This document shows, one piece after another, positions 18,447 to 27,878 of a stretch of DNA of 64,000 nucleotides. Position 1 is the stretch's first letter, and every line of letters begins with the position of its first letter. Where the stretch lies: positions 1-64,000 of IMG/VR virus record IMGVR_UViG_3300012953_000001; one strand, given 5' to 3'. The translations under genes were made by a program, and so were the position numbers. This DNA comes from a virus. Below the pieces are notes generated by a model. That model was not told where the DNA came from, did not search any database, and saw only the letters and a program-made list of their open reading frames with translations.

Positions 18447-19600
18447 CGTACAATCACCTGTGGTTCTTTTCTTTGCTTGCTGCCTTTAAGAAGGGCGAGT
18501 GTACCCAGTCCTCCCGCCCCAGCAAGAAGCATCATTTTCTGGTTATGAGCCTTAGCGGCGGCTCTAGACTTGGAGGCAGCGCGTAACCCAGCAGTTGCTG
18601 CGGTACCCATTCCTAAGACGGCTTCTGGGGAGGTGAGGCCAAGGCCTTCAAGTCCTTTGTAAACGCTGGAAGGGGAAACCTTCCCGTCAGGTCCTTTGAT
18701 AGCGCCCCAGATTTCTTGCCCAGTTTTCTTTGCGCCTGTCGCAGTTTCCGCTTTGCGAGTAAACTCAAAGCTCTTCATGAAGTCTGCTTGTTTCTTCTCA
18801 GCGGCAGCTAAACCCTTATCCCAAGCTTTAGCGGCTTGAGGGTTGGTGGGCCTAGGTCCAACTGTGGACTTATAATCATCGACGTATTTCGAGGCGCGTG
18901 TTCTCGCCTTAGCTAAATTTGGGTCCATGAAGTTTTGGACACCTCTTTTGGCACCCTGATATTTCTTGCTAATATTACTTCCCCACCTAGAGAAGGTAGG
19001 CATTGAGCCTGAAGCCTTTCGCTTTAGCGCGTCTCGTAAAAGACCTAAGCGGCTAATCTCAGGCTTAAGGGCCTCTTTCGCTCCTGCGCCAGCAGCGCCT
19101 GCTCTTGCCGCTGCTTCACCACCACCCTTAAGGGCGCTTTTAACTCCTCGGGCGGCTGCGGTAAAAAAATAGGCTCTCTTCTCAATGAGGGCTGCGGTGA
19201 GTAATTCTTTCTCTTCCGGGCTAGCCATCTTTTTCTTTAAAGCAGGAAGCTTTTTGATTTGTTTCTCTGGAAGCTTATCTTGCTTTGGGAGCTTCTTGTA
19301 CTTAGAGGCAACTGCTCCACCAGATACTTTAGGCGCAATGGCTTGTCCCGCTGTCGCGGTCGCCTTGGGCGCTTTAACCGGAGGCTTGACCGAGAGCTTA
19401 GGCGTAGGCCCTGACTTCACTCCTTTAAGGAGCTTTTGCACATCTTCTCTGGCAACAGCCCTAAGCTTCTTTCCTCGATTGTGTCGGACAGAAACCTTGG
19501 CGGACTCTTTCTTAAGTCCAGTGAAAAACTCTGCGGCGGCAGAGTGCTTTTCATCTGTGTCTTTCTCTTGTTGCAGTAGCTTTTCAAACTGGTCCATCAA
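18443..19600 (-). CDS. Lys/Ala-rich multi-module putative internal head protein with C-terminal TM-like helix
   Basis: MMDQFEKLL leader; KESA, KMAS and IEKRA motifs; C-term MMLLAGAGGLGTLALL. Confidence 0.65.
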   Translation of the reverse strand: MMDQFEKLLQQEKDTDEKHSAAAEFFTGLKKESAKVSVRHNRGKKLRAVAREDVQKLLKGVKSGPTPKLSVKPPVKAPKATATAGQAIAPKVSGGAVASKYKKLPKQDKLPEKQIKKLPALKKKMASPEEKELLTAALIEKRAYFFTAAARGVKSALKGGGEAAARAGAAGAGAKEALKPEISRLGLLRDALKRKASGSMPTFSRWGSNISKKYQGAKRGVQNFMDPNLAKARTRASKYVDDYKSTVGPRPTNPQAAKAWDKGLAAAEKKQADFMKSFEFTRKAETATGAKKTGQEIWGAIKGPDGKVSPSSVYKGLEGLGLTSPEAVLGMGTAATAGLRAASKSRAAAKAHNQKMMLLAGAGGLGTLALLKGSKQRKEPQVIVR

Positions 19601-19606
19601 AGCCTC

Positions 19607-20023
19607 CTACAAGCTCGCGCTATATGCGGAGTCATACATCATAACGCCGACAGTCATGTCAATATTACCAGCGGAACCGTTCGTACAGCGGAGAATGATT
19701 CCTCCGGGAATAGGAACTAATAGGTCAAGGATGTTTAGCTGATCGTCAAGAAGATCATAGGTTATTTCATTCGGGGCACCAGAACTCACACCCTGCCTAA
19801 CAATGGTCTTAAACTCTTCACCAGCCTGGGGCACGGTAGCATTGGCCTCGTTAGTTCCTGGCACATTGGCCCCAAGGGTCCAGACGACTGTGCCAGCCGT
19901 ATTTGGGATGGAAATAGCAAACTTCGTGTAGTGCTCTGACCCAGGGATAGCAACGTCGAGCGCTGTGCCGTTTGCTACCGTGTAGTTCAGAAGCTCTCTT
20001 CGTTTATTAGGAATAGTAGCCAT
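19607..20023 (-). CDS. Beta-rich virion structural protein
   Basis: All-beta composition, position between head and neck genes. Confidence 0.5.
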   Translation of the reverse strand: MATIPNKRRELLNYTVANGTALDVAIPGSEHYTKFAISIPNTAGTVVWTLGANVPGTNEANATVPQAGEEFKTIVRQGVSSGAPNEITYDLLDDQLNILDLLVPIPGGIILRCTNGSAGNIDMTVGVMMYDSAYSASL

Positions 20024-20032
20024 CGTTATCTC

Positions 20033-20572
20033 CTATGTATCCAGGTCCGAAAATAGGCCATTAATATAGGCGTACTCGGACGGGACGCCGGAACCATTTA
20101 ACGCGTTACCTAGATTAATAGCTTGCTTTAAGCGAAACTTTTTTTGCTCATAGTCCTGCTTAAACAAATTCATCCAGTTCATTAGTTGTGGGCCCTTATC
20201 TGAAACACTTACTTGAATACCTTGTCCGTCTGAATAGGACATATGGTTCCTTGTTTGCAACAGCCCCACAGAAGTAATGATGTTAATAATGGATCCATTT
20301 ATTAACAGAGATATTGAAGGAAAAGCTGCCAATGTAAAAGTGCCTAATAATGGAGGTGTCATATTGAAATCGTCAATACACTCCATTATCGCAAAAGCGA
20401 TCTCTCTGTCGGAGGTCTCTCTACCTTCGATCAGTCGATTTAATTCGGGGAAGTCTCGAAGCTTTGACCGGATCAACGCAATCGTATGCACAAGCTCCTT
20501 GGGAAGGCCTTTCTTTACAGAAGCCTCCGGAGACAGTGCGTTGCTGTTTGGATCTTTCGGGTCATTCGCCAC
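20033..20572 (-). CDS. Head-tail adaptor-like protein
   Basis: Helical IRSKLRD..ELNRLI..ETSDREIAFAI; location after the capsid gene cluster. Confidence 0.5.
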   Translation of the reverse strand: MANDPKDPNSNALSPEASVKKGLPKELVHTIALIRSKLRDFPELNRLIEGRETSDREIAFAIMECIDDFNMTPPLLGTFTLAAFPSISLLINGSIINIITSVGLLQTRNHMSYSDGQGIQVSVSDKGPQLMNWMNLFKQDYEQKKFRLKQAINLGNALNGSGVPSEYAYINGLFSDLDT

Positions 20573-20574
20573 GA

Positions 20575-20985
20575 CTACTCACCTTTTCCCTTAGTAGCTT
20601 TCGTGATTTTATCAAGAAGAGCAGCCTTGGTGTCAGTGGCAGAGAACTCGATATTTAGTTTTTTAGCAAAAGCGGTAAGTTGCTTTTTAGACAAAGACTT
20701 TAACTTTGGTTGGGGGGCTGCGCCTTCCCAAGCCTCGTTGATATCTTTTGTCTTTGGGTCGTCTGCCTTGTAGTGACCATCGTTCGTTCGAGCACGTTTA
20801 GGAGACTTACTTGCCTTCCTAGCAGCCCGAACAGCTTCTGGGTCATTTTGATGAACAGAGAACCAGTCACAATCAATCAGGTGCTGCAAGCCACTAAGCG
20901 TCTTTTCGGAGACCTCTAGAGTTTCTCCAACCTTAAGAAGCTTCCCAGCCACGCGGCATGGTTGTTTTTCACAGCGAATAAACAT
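20575..20985 (-). CDS. Small basic protein with RAR..G.Y.ADDP.T.D.NEAW motif and C-terminal Rho-N/HeH-like helix pair
   Basis: RARTNDGHYKADDPKTKDINEAW; LKSLSKKQLTAFAKKLNI…TKAALLDKI. Confidence 0.55.
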   Translation of the reverse strand: MFIRCEKQPCRVAGKLLKVGETLEVSEKTLSGLQHLIDCDWFSVHQNDPEAVRAARKASKSPKRARTNDGHYKADDPKTKDINEAWEGAAPQPKLKSLSKKQLTAFAKKLNIEFSATDTKAALLDKITKATKGKGE

Positions 20986-21533
20986 TAGTCATCCTTCTTT
21001 TTGCGTCTGCGGGATGCCCGCTTCGACGGGGCCTTTTCAGGCTCCTCTGAGGATTCTTTTTTAGAAGTTGCCTTTTTCTTTAGCTCTGGCTTCTTCTCTA
21101 CCTCAGGCTCTTCAGCCTTTTCCTCTTCCGGTTCGGTAGAAGCCATATCCAAAATAACCGCACCAACTTCCGATTCATCCGGGCCGTCTGTGGAGATCTC
21201 CACTACGCCAGAGGCCTCAGGAGAACCTTCGTCTGGAGAAGGTGCGGGCGGCTCTGGGGAAGGCGCATGAAGCTGAGGTTGTTGTACCTCAAAAGCTTCT
21301 GCTGCTACATCGCCAATAGCCAGCAAACTAATCAACTTTTGATCAACGTAGGTGTCGATCTGGGACTTATTAGCGGCATATGTATCATCACTAATAACAA
21401 TTGATTTCCCAATCCGAAGTCTTCTCTGGCCAATTCGCATACGAGCAGATGCTCTCCGCACCGTAGGATTGTTGTGTCCCCGCTTATTCGGGTCCCTGCG
21501 CGATTGTGCAAGGTTCTTAATCTTAAAAGGCAT
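20985..21533 (-). CDS. Hypothetical protein, basic N-terminus and acidic/Pro-rich then basic tail
   Basis: Start reassigned to ATG 21533 (GGGAG RBS); the longer track start overlaps the MCP gene and its terminator. Confidence 0.6.
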   Translation of the reverse strand: MPFKIKNLAQSRRDPNKRGHNNPTVRRASARMRIGQRRLRIGKSIVISDDTYAANKSQIDTYVDQKLISLLAIGDVAAEAFEVQQPQLHAPSPEPPAPSPDEGSPEASGVVEISTDGPDESEVGAVILDMASTEPEEEKAEEPEVEKKPELKKKATSKKESSEEPEKAPSKRASRRRKKKDD

Positions 21534-21550
21534 CTGGGTCTCCCATATAC

Positions 21551-21609
21551 AAAAATCGAAAATAAATGAGGTGAAGACACCCCCCAGGAAACCCAGGGGG
21601 TGCCCCACC
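21551..21609 (-). terminator. Terminator after the major capsid gene
   Basis: On the - strand GGTGGGGCACCCCCTGGG-TTT-CCTGGGGGGTGTCTTCACC (about 18 bp with G-U pairs and one bulge), followed by a T-rich run. Confidence 0.7.
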
Positions 21610-21615
21610 AAGCAG

Positions 21616-22821
21616 CTAGAACTGCGTGACAGCCGGGAAGGTCTGGCCCTCTTGGACCAAGTTATTCCGTGCGCCAAGATCAGCTTCCGCAACAGGAAGT
21701 CGTGCAGCACGCGTCACCGCGTTAGTAGCACCACCAGCAGCCATGGTCTCGACACTACCGGCGTAAAGCTCAAGCTTACGCACACCAGCGACGTTACCCA
21801 CGTACATACCAATGTCTTCCCACGCCTCGAACGAGATTCGGTTACGCTCTTTGTCAGCGTAGAACTTAGTCTTGTTCAGGATGCAGAAACCACCCAAGTA
21901 CTCCGGAGAGCAGAACGCGTAGATGTTACCGGGTCGAAGGATGTCAGTCTTCAAGGTACGGATGAACTTACGTCCAATAACCGTCTTGTACTTGTATCCA
22001 TCAACCGTGGTCTCACCCACAATCTTGTCACCCATGTCAGCATGGGCCCAAGAGTTCAGGTCCTCGAAGTCAGTGTCAGTCATGAGGAACTGATCACAAC
22101 GAAGACGGGAACCACGACCACCGCCACCCGTGAACGTCTGGAACAACTTAATGAAGTCGTCCTTCTGAACGGGGAAGATGAGGTTCTCGTCAGCACCAGC
22201 AGGAGCGGCACCAGCAGCGCTGCCTTGGAGGCAGTCAATACCTTTAACCTTACCAACCTCAGGCACACCGTTGTTGTTGACGTTGAACGCCGAGAACACG
22301 GTAGCACCAGTGTTGGCATAGTCTGCACCGAACCCAAGGCCCTGTGCATCCTGCTGCAACGACTGACAGGCCGACTCCATGTGAGTCAAGAACACGCGGT
22401 CCTCAATCTCCTGGATGTCGTTAACGATGTTACGCTTGATGATCTCCGTGATAGGCATCACGTAGGCCATAAGCTCCTGCTCAGTCTGCTCATATCGCTG
22501 CGAACCAACCGTATGGAACGGCACCTCAAAGCGCGGACCAGTGTAGTATCGGACCGTGGGCTGTGCCCGGAACGACATACTCATAGCACGGCTCTGTGGC
22601 TCCACTTCAACGATCTTCACGAGAGTATCGTGGTTCACGCTGACCTGGAGGTCAGAACGACTAACAGTCTTCGGGGGAAGGACTTTGCGAGCAAAGCTCT
22701 CCTCACGCAGACGGTCTCTAATGAAATCACCGCCAAGGGCAGCAATCTTTTCTTTTCCAGCCTCAGTATCGAGTTTGCTTACAAACAACTCGTTGAGGAC
22801 TTCGCTAGGTACACTAGACAT
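21616..22821 (-). CDS. Major capsid protein (HK97-fold inferred)
   Basis: 401 aa; follows protease, scaffolds and decoration gene; strong codon bias (open antisense frame); IRDRLREESFARKVLP…IQEIEDRVF…AWEDIGMYVGN; followed by a strong terminator. Confidence 0.8.
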   Translation of the reverse strand: MSSVPSEVLNELFVSKLDTEAGKEKIAALGGDFIRDRLREESFARKVLPPKTVSRSDLQVSVNHDTLVKIVEVEPQSRAMSMSFRAQPTVRYYTGPRFEVPFHTVGSQRYEQTEQELMAYVMPITEIIKRNIVNDIQEIEDRVFLTHMESACQSLQQDAQGLGFGADYANTGATVFSAFNVNNNGVPEVGKVKGIDCLQGSAAGAAPAGADENLIFPVQKDDFIKLFQTFTGGGGRGSRLRCDQFLMTDTDFEDLNSWAHADMGDKIVGETTVDGYKYKTVIGRKFIRTLKTDILRPGNIYAFCSPEYLGGFCILNKTKFYADKERNRISFEAWEDIGMYVGNVAGVRKLELYAGSVETMAAGGATNAVTRAARLPVAEADLGARNNLVQEGQTFPAVTQF

Positions 22822-22836
22822 AATAATATCCTCCTA

Positions 22837-23442
22837 TTAGTTGGCGATAAGCCGAGGCTTGTCGTAAAGGTATACCGTGATCGGACGATCAGCGGCAGGG
22901 ACGCGGTTATCAGAAGCAGTCACGTAACCAACAGCCCAACCAGCCTGTCCCTCAGCGAGAGGGGCCAAAACCAGACGGCCTGTTGATGCGGGAGCCGTGC
23001 TACCAGCAGCATTGACACTCAAGTCTTGAGTGTTGTCTGCTACAGTAACCTGAATCCCAACGGGGAAGTTAGTTGCTGCGTCAAGCGCTGCACCGGTATC
23101 TCCAGCTTCGTACAAACTGCACTGAACCTCGATACCGCCATGCGCCAACGTGGCAACTCGGCTATCCCCAAGTGCCTGTCGGTCAGAGCGCTGGGCAGAG
23201 CCCCACACCATGACAAGACTTGCACCATTAAGGTGGTGACCGGCATTAAGTCCACCGACGTTAGCGCCACTAAAGTCGTTAGCGCCTCCGGCAGGGCTTG
23301 TGCCTTGCAATGTAATAAATTCTCCGTCTTCAGGAGCAACAGCGAGTCCAGAACAATCCACATCTCTGGTTTGTACCTTCAAAGTAGATGAAGTTGGGCT
23401 CACGTTCCTACGTCGGACAGCACTAAATGATCCTGCGGCCAT
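22837..23442 (-). CDS. Capsid decoration/cement-like protein
   Basis: About 200 aa, beta-rich, immediately upstream of the MCP, same codon bias. Confidence 0.55.
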   Translation of the reverse strand: MAAGSFSAVRRRNVSPTSSTLKVQTRDVDCSGLAVAPEDGEFITLQGTSPAGGANDFSGANVGGLNAGHHLNGASLVMVWGSAQRSDRQALGDSRVATLAHGGIEVQCSLYEAGDTGAALDAATNFPVGIQVTVADNTQDLSVNAAGSTAPASTGRLVLAPLAEGQAGWAVGYVTASDNRVPAADRPITVYLYDKPRLIAN

Positions 23443-23467
23443 TTTAGTTCTCCTTAGTTGTTAACGT

Positions 23468-23821
23468 TTACTCATTGCTTCCGAGAAGAAAACTCTCGAA
23501 AGCGCTCGTCGCGTCATTGCCTTCCGGCATATCGGAAATAGACGCAAATGACAGATCGGGTGGGGATAGGGCTAGCGCCTCTTTAACCACGTTCAGATCC
23601 TTCTTCGAAGCCAGCAATGCTGCCACCTTCGTCTTTAAAGGAACTCCGCGATCAGAGAAACCACGAGCATCCATCATGGCCACAACCTCTTCCGCCTCCT
23701 CCCGCTTACGATACTCTTCAAGAGCAGCAGCAAGCTTTGTGTTTTCTTCCACTAGAGTCCGCAGAGTCTGCGGAACTTGCTTCAGAACTTCCTGGGCTGA
23801 GTTTTTATTGATTGTGCTCAT
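23468..23821 (-). CDS. Scaffold-like coiled-coil protein
   Basis: Coiled coil LRTLVEENTKLAAALEEYRKREEAEE; C-term FESFLLG helix as in capsid-binding scaffold tails. Confidence 0.5.
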   Translation of the reverse strand: MSTINKNSAQEVLKQVPQTLRTLVEENTKLAAALEEYRKREEAEEVVAMMDARGFSDRGVPLKTKVAALLASKKDLNVVKEALALSPPDLSFASISDMPEGNDATSAFESFLLGSNE

Positions 23822-23823
23822 AA

Positions 23824-24663
23824 TTATGCCTCCTTACCAATCTTAGCCATCAACCGCTTTTTCAAGTTGTCAGTGGCCTGTTGTCGAGCCATGGGCCCTT
23901 CACTACCGTGAACATCGCCGGTCTCTGCGCCTGCTGAGGCACTCTCGTCAAATTGTCCATCAGAGCTTAATGCTGCATTCAGCACATCAGCGAGACTGTG
24001 GCCAGCCGAAGCTGCCTTTACCGCCGCCTCACCGTCAGCTTCATTTGAAGCTTCCTCTTCTGGTTCGTCGGTAGCGGAAGAACCGACGTTAAAGATTTGA
24101 TCCTCAGACACAGGGGTCTCAGAATCACCGCTATAAAAATTCTCGTTATCTTCAGAGCCCTCATCAGATGAAGAGGTGCTTTCAGGCTTAAGCTCTTTAA
24201 GCTTACCTAAGACATTCTGAAGAAGCGCTTTGTTTGCTTCGTCAGCTTCGTCGGCCTGCTCTTTTTCCTGCTCTGCTTCCTGAACCGCTTCTTGCTTTTC
24301 AGCGATTCGGGCGCGGAGACGATCACGTAAAGCTCCAGAAATGTCTGTAACATTATCTGGGACTTCATCGGTCTCTGGGGCTGCTGCGGGTTCCGGCGTT
24401 ACATCTTTGTCTGAGACAAAGCGACCAGAGACGGGGTCTCGGCTTAACGCCTCTTTGATAATAGCAACACGCTCATTAATGGGCGGCTGTGGCTCCTTGA
24501 TGGACTCCATATTATCAACAATAAAATCTACGGCTGAGGCTAACTTTTCAACATATACCGGATCGGTAACATTCTGCTCATCACTAGCAGTTTCCACGGA
24601 CGTGGCCACGGTAGAAGAGTCAGCCCCAGCAAGCTTTTCAATCAGTTTATTTAATGAAGACAT
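23824..24663 (-). CDS. Acidic scaffold/core protein with EKLA motifs
   Basis: Highly acidic; LIEKLAG, YVEKLAS, AVKAAS. Confidence 0.55.
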   Translation of the reverse strand: MSSLNKLIEKLAGADSSTVATSVETASDEQNVTDPVYVEKLASAVDFIVDNMESIKEPQPPINERVAIIKEALSRDPVSGRFVSDKDVTPEPAAAPETDEVPDNVTDISGALRDRLRARIAEKQEAVQEAEQEKEQADEADEANKALLQNVLGKLKELKPESTSSSDEGSEDNENFYSGDSETPVSEDQIFNVGSSATDEPEEEASNEADGEAAVKAASAGHSLADVLNAALSSDGQFDESASAGAETGDVHGSEGPMARQQATDNLKKRLMAKIGKEA

Positions 24664-24680
24664 TGCTTCCTCCTGTTGAG

Positions 24681-24716
24681 GAGTGGCCCCGCCCAGTTTC
24701 CCAGGCGGGACCCCTC
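24681..24716 (-). other. GAAA-tetraloop RNA hairpin without U tract
   Basis: - strand GAGGGGTCCCGCCTGG-GAAA-CTGGGCGGGGCCACTC (15/16 pairs including G-U), followed directly by the RBS of the next gene. Confidence 0.6.
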
Positions 24717-24720
24717 AAAC

Positions 24721-24897
24721 TTACTTCGTGGCCTTACGATCACGCTGCTTAATTATATTAGCAGCTAATAAAGTAAACAAGGCAGCTTCGGCAGGTCGTT
24801 TCTTTAAAAAAGACCAGCTTTTCCCCAAAGTCTTACGTCCCTCCTTATTAGCAAGGTGGAATTTAGACTTCAGGGTTTTGATTGCTGCTGAGTTCAT
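24721..24897 (-). CDS. 58-aa basic peptide (not in ORF track)
   Basis: MNSAAIKTLKSKFHLANKEGRKTLGKSWSFLKKRPAEAALFTLLAANIIKQRDRKATK*; exactly fills the gap between two late genes. Confidence 0.5.
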   Translation of the reverse strand: MNSAAIKTLKSKFHLANKEGRKTLGKSWSFLKKRPAEAALFTLLAANIIKQRDRKATK

Positions 24898-24903
24898 TTA
24901 TTA

Positions 24904-25512
24904 TTAACCGTTAAGTACCGCTGCGATCTCATCAACGTTGTAACCAGCCTCAGCAAGAAGCTCGCCTGCACGCTCAGTCACAGCGGTGTCCAACTGCTCA
25001 TCATCGATTGCAGCAGAAGACTGCTTGACGCTACCAGTGTCCAAGTACTCAAGGATCTCGTTAGCGCGTTCAACGGACGCGTCCTCGAAAGCCTGTGCGA
25101 ACTCAGGATCAACCTCAGTGTCACCAGCGGTCTTCATCAAGAAAGCATCGCTTGGACGACCGTAGACGCCAGCGGTCTTCTCAGCATCACCGTGCTGAAT
25201 AGTGGTAAGCTCGTCGTAGAAAGCGTGTGCCATGGTGCGGCCAAGGAAGTCGGCTTCAGCAAGCTTAACCTGCGTATCCTCGTCCTCAGTGTCAACACCT
25301 TCGACACCAGCGGTCTTCTCGACATCACCACCCATGGCTTCGCCAAGGATCTCAAGAATGTCATCATCACTGAACTCATTAAGATCAATGCCTTCGGCGG
25401 CAGCAACCTTCTCAAGTTCCTCTAAAAGTGCGGCCTCAGCGGTCTTCTCAACGCCTGAATTGGAGTCGATGTTTCCCTGGGTACCATATGCTTGTGCTAG
25501 CAGTTCGTTCAT
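24904..25512 (-). CDS. Acidic scaffold/core protein with six K-x-A motifs
   Basis: VEKTAE, LEKVAA, VEKTAG, VKLAE, AEKTAG, MKTAG in 202 aa; AAGGAG RBS. Confidence 0.65.
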   Translation of the reverse strand: MNELLAQAYGTQGNIDSNSGVEKTAEAALLEELEKVAAAEGIDLNEFSDDDILEILGEAMGGDVEKTAGVEGVDTEDEDTQVKLAEADFLGRTMAHAFYDELTTIQHGDAEKTAGVYGRPSDAFLMKTAGDTEVDPEFAQAFEDASVERANEILEYLDTGSVKQSSAAIDDEQLDTAVTERAGELLAEAGYNVDEIAAVLNG

Positions 25513-25604
25513 TTTAAATTCTCCTTAGAAATAAGAACGGTTTCTTGTTTTAACTGCGTCCCAGCATCATCTTCGATAAATAATTTCATCTAGATACCCC
25601 TGGA

Positions 25605-27290
25605 CTACGAAAACTTGACCGCTAGGTTGTTTAACGACTTGTTAAACGCCCCAGATGATTTGAGGTTCATACCCAAACGGGTAAGTCCCACAAACACCGA
25701 AGTGGCCAAGATTGGATGTTTTTCGATAAACCTATCAAGCGGACCATTTGACACACCGAAACGCCGCTTCTTTCTTACGTGCGCTCCGTAAAGATAAGCC
25801 ATGGGAAGAACACCTACTAACGCCAAAGGCAGTTTAGCTGTTTTTGTTAGTGTTGGTTCCATCATGAATTCATCTTCTAGTCTCTGACCGTTGATGGCCG
25901 AAAGCAATCCTATATCATTACTTGTAATATGAGCAACTATAGATCCCATTTTCTCCATTAGTTGCTCGCGATAACCATTGTAGCCTGCCGAGATCTTATT
26001 AAGAAGAGCTTTTTCGTCAGGACTAATATCAATATTGTTTACTCCACCTTCTTTTCGCAGCCCGACAATACCCGGACTAGAACCCCCTGTGGAAGAGGGC
26101 ATGCTTCTAATAATTGTAATACGCTTAGTAATAACCGGTTCAAACATACTACGTTTTGGAATTATGTCCATTAGCATATCCCGAATTGAGCCGCTATGTT
26201 GGCTAGGGCCCCCTATACTTATACTCCTATCCACATTCATGGAAGGTGCAAATGTATAACCTGCATTATCCAGTCTATCTGCCAACGGCTTTTTCCCGAT
26301 CCGGATAAGAATAATTCGCTGATACTCACGAGGCTTCAACACAATTCCGCTTGCAGCAGAAGTCGTTAAGGCCTTCTGTGCAGGGTGCCCAGCCATTCTG
26401 TCAAGGATGCTCCTTGCGATGTCTGGTTCATGGGAATTTATTTTTGGCATCACTCTCGCGGACAAACCGGGAACCTCTTTTAAGATTCTAGAGATCTTGT
26501 GCTTAGCCGCCATTTTCTCTTTAAGCACTTTTATATTGTACCCGTCACGAATCCCTGATTCTTCTGCTGCTAGTGCAGAGGATCCACCAAGGACAGAAGC
26601 AACTTTAGCCATCGCATAGCTGGTTCGGTCTGCGCCGATAATCACGAAGCTTAAATCAAAGAACTTAGGTTTCGGGTTGTAAACAAACACTTTCCTACCG
26701 TCAGGAAAGATTTTGCCCATCATTGTTTTGGTGTGGACACAGTAGTCTGCCCGTGTCTTGGACTTATGTCCGCAGATAGAGCAGATGTCATACTTCACGC
26801 GGCAACCCATACTAACCGCTGGGTGATCGCCAGAATCTAGCTTTGCTACAAGATCGCCGTGCCCTTCAAGCTCAGCCTTGCTACGGTTGATTTTTAAAAC
26901 CAACTCAACTCGATGCATTACTGGGTTGTAAACAGCACAAACCACTTTACCTGTAGATTTGGCGATATCTTTGTTCTTGTGGTGCCGGTAGATCCCCGCG
27001 TTAAAAAAGGTCTTATACCCAGTGGTGCCATCGCACTCCGTAGGGTGTAATTCTTTTTCCTCAAAGTAATCACCGTTGATATTACTCCCGTAATATTCTC
27101 CTGCCCCAAGAGCATTAACAAGAACATAGAGGTGCTCGTCACAAGCACTAATCCCCGTAATAAAACTGCTGATGTCTGGGTGCAGGTTCTCCTGAGATGC
27201 AACTTTGACTAGTTCATCGGTGGGGTTGATCGCCTGCACAAAGATGTTCCCATCTTCATCCATACCTGGGAATGTGAGTAACTTTAACAT
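25605..27290 (-). CDS. Prohead (capsid maturation) protease, HK97/assemblin fold with Zn-finger insert, plus C-terminal extension
   Basis: SNINGDYF; putative catalytic His in IYRHHKN and Ser in AVSMGC; DICSICG…CVH; FFDLSFV…AD; position upstream of scaffolds and MCP. Confidence 0.75.
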   Translation of the reverse strand: MLKLLTFPGMDEDGNIFVQAINPTDELVKVASQENLHPDISSFITGISACDEHLYVLVNALGAGEYYGSNINGDYFEEKELHPTECDGTTGYKTFFNAGIYRHHKNKDIAKSTGKVVCAVYNPVMHRVELVLKINRSKAELEGHGDLVAKLDSGDHPAVSMGCRVKYDICSICGHKSKTRADYCVHTKTMMGKIFPDGRKVFVYNPKPKFFDLSFVIIGADRTSYAMAKVASVLGGSSALAAEESGIRDGYNIKVLKEKMAAKHKISRILKEVPGLSARVMPKINSHEPDIARSILDRMAGHPAQKALTTSAASGIVLKPREYQRIILIRIGKKPLADRLDNAGYTFAPSMNVDRSISIGGPSQHSGSIRDMLMDIIPKRSMFEPVITKRITIIRSMPSSTGGSSPGIVGLRKEGGVNNIDISPDEKALLNKISAGYNGYREQLMEKMGSIVAHITSNDIGLLSAINGQRLEDEFMMEPTLTKTAKLPLALVGVLPMAYLYGAHVRKKRRFGVSNGPLDRFIEKHPILATSVFVGLTRLGMNLKSSGAFNKSLNNLAVKFS

Positions 27291-27292
27291 CT

Positions 27293-27877
27293 TCAGCCAC
27301 CTCTCGACAGTGTTTCTAGGAGGCGGGTTTCTCCTTTAGTGAGCTTTTCTCCACGCTTAGCTCTGGCAGAGAGTGCGCGAGCCCACATGTGTCTACTGAC
27401 AGCGGTACCTGCACCACCTGACAGACCTTCCGTTACTGCGCCAGCCGGACCCCCAAACAATAGTCCTAGAGCCGCTCTCCCCATTGCGTGGGTTTTGGGA
27501 GTTACATAATACTCAGAAAAACCCTTTACCCCACCAGAACCTTTACGATTTCCAACAAGGAGCTTCTTCTCCTCACCAGTGAAACCGCCTCTTCCAGAGC
27601 GCAATTTGCTGTCTAGCGCATTAGCATAAATGTCTCTTTCCATGTTGGCAAACAGACCACTTATCCCACCAGAGAAAGCAGCTGTCCCTGCAATCTGCTT
27701 ATTCGTTGGCCCCGCTTTTTGGGACTTGATAAGGCGTTGCATCGCCTTAGTTCTTAGTCCTCTGCGAAGCGCCAACATAGTCCCACCGGTAACGGCGGCG
27801 GAGCCGAGAGTCTTCCCCAACGGGCTCGTTAAGAACCTTGAGATTGGGTAGTCTTGTTTGGCTTCTGGTTGCGACAT
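27293..27877 (-). CDS. Basic glycine-zipper protein, two-fold internal repeat
   Basis: Two Gly/Ala hydrophobic segments, each followed by (ALDSKL/ALSARA)…GE.(F/L)T.(E/G)E..LL. Confidence 0.6.
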   Translation of the reverse strand: MSQPEAKQDYPISRFLTSPLGKTLGSAAVTGGTMLALRRGLRTKAMQRLIKSQKAGPTNKQIAGTAAFSGGISGLFANMERDIYANALDSKLRSGRGGFTGEEKKLLVGNRKGSGGVKGFSEYYVTPKTHAMGRAALGLLFGGPAGAVTEGLSGGAGTAVSRHMWARALSARAKRGEKLTKGETRLLETLSRGG

Positions 27878-27878
27878 A

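Noticed and set aside
21534-21710. Extended N-terminus of the 20985 ORF given in the track
   Set aside because: It overlaps the MCP 3' end and its terminator; ATG 21533 has the RBS.
21352-22986. 544-aa + strand ORF
   Set aside because: Antisense shadow of the strongly codon-biased major capsid gene; no RBS, no motifs.
25513-25604. Possible 26-codon ORF between protease and scaffold
   Set aside because: Too short and featureless to support.
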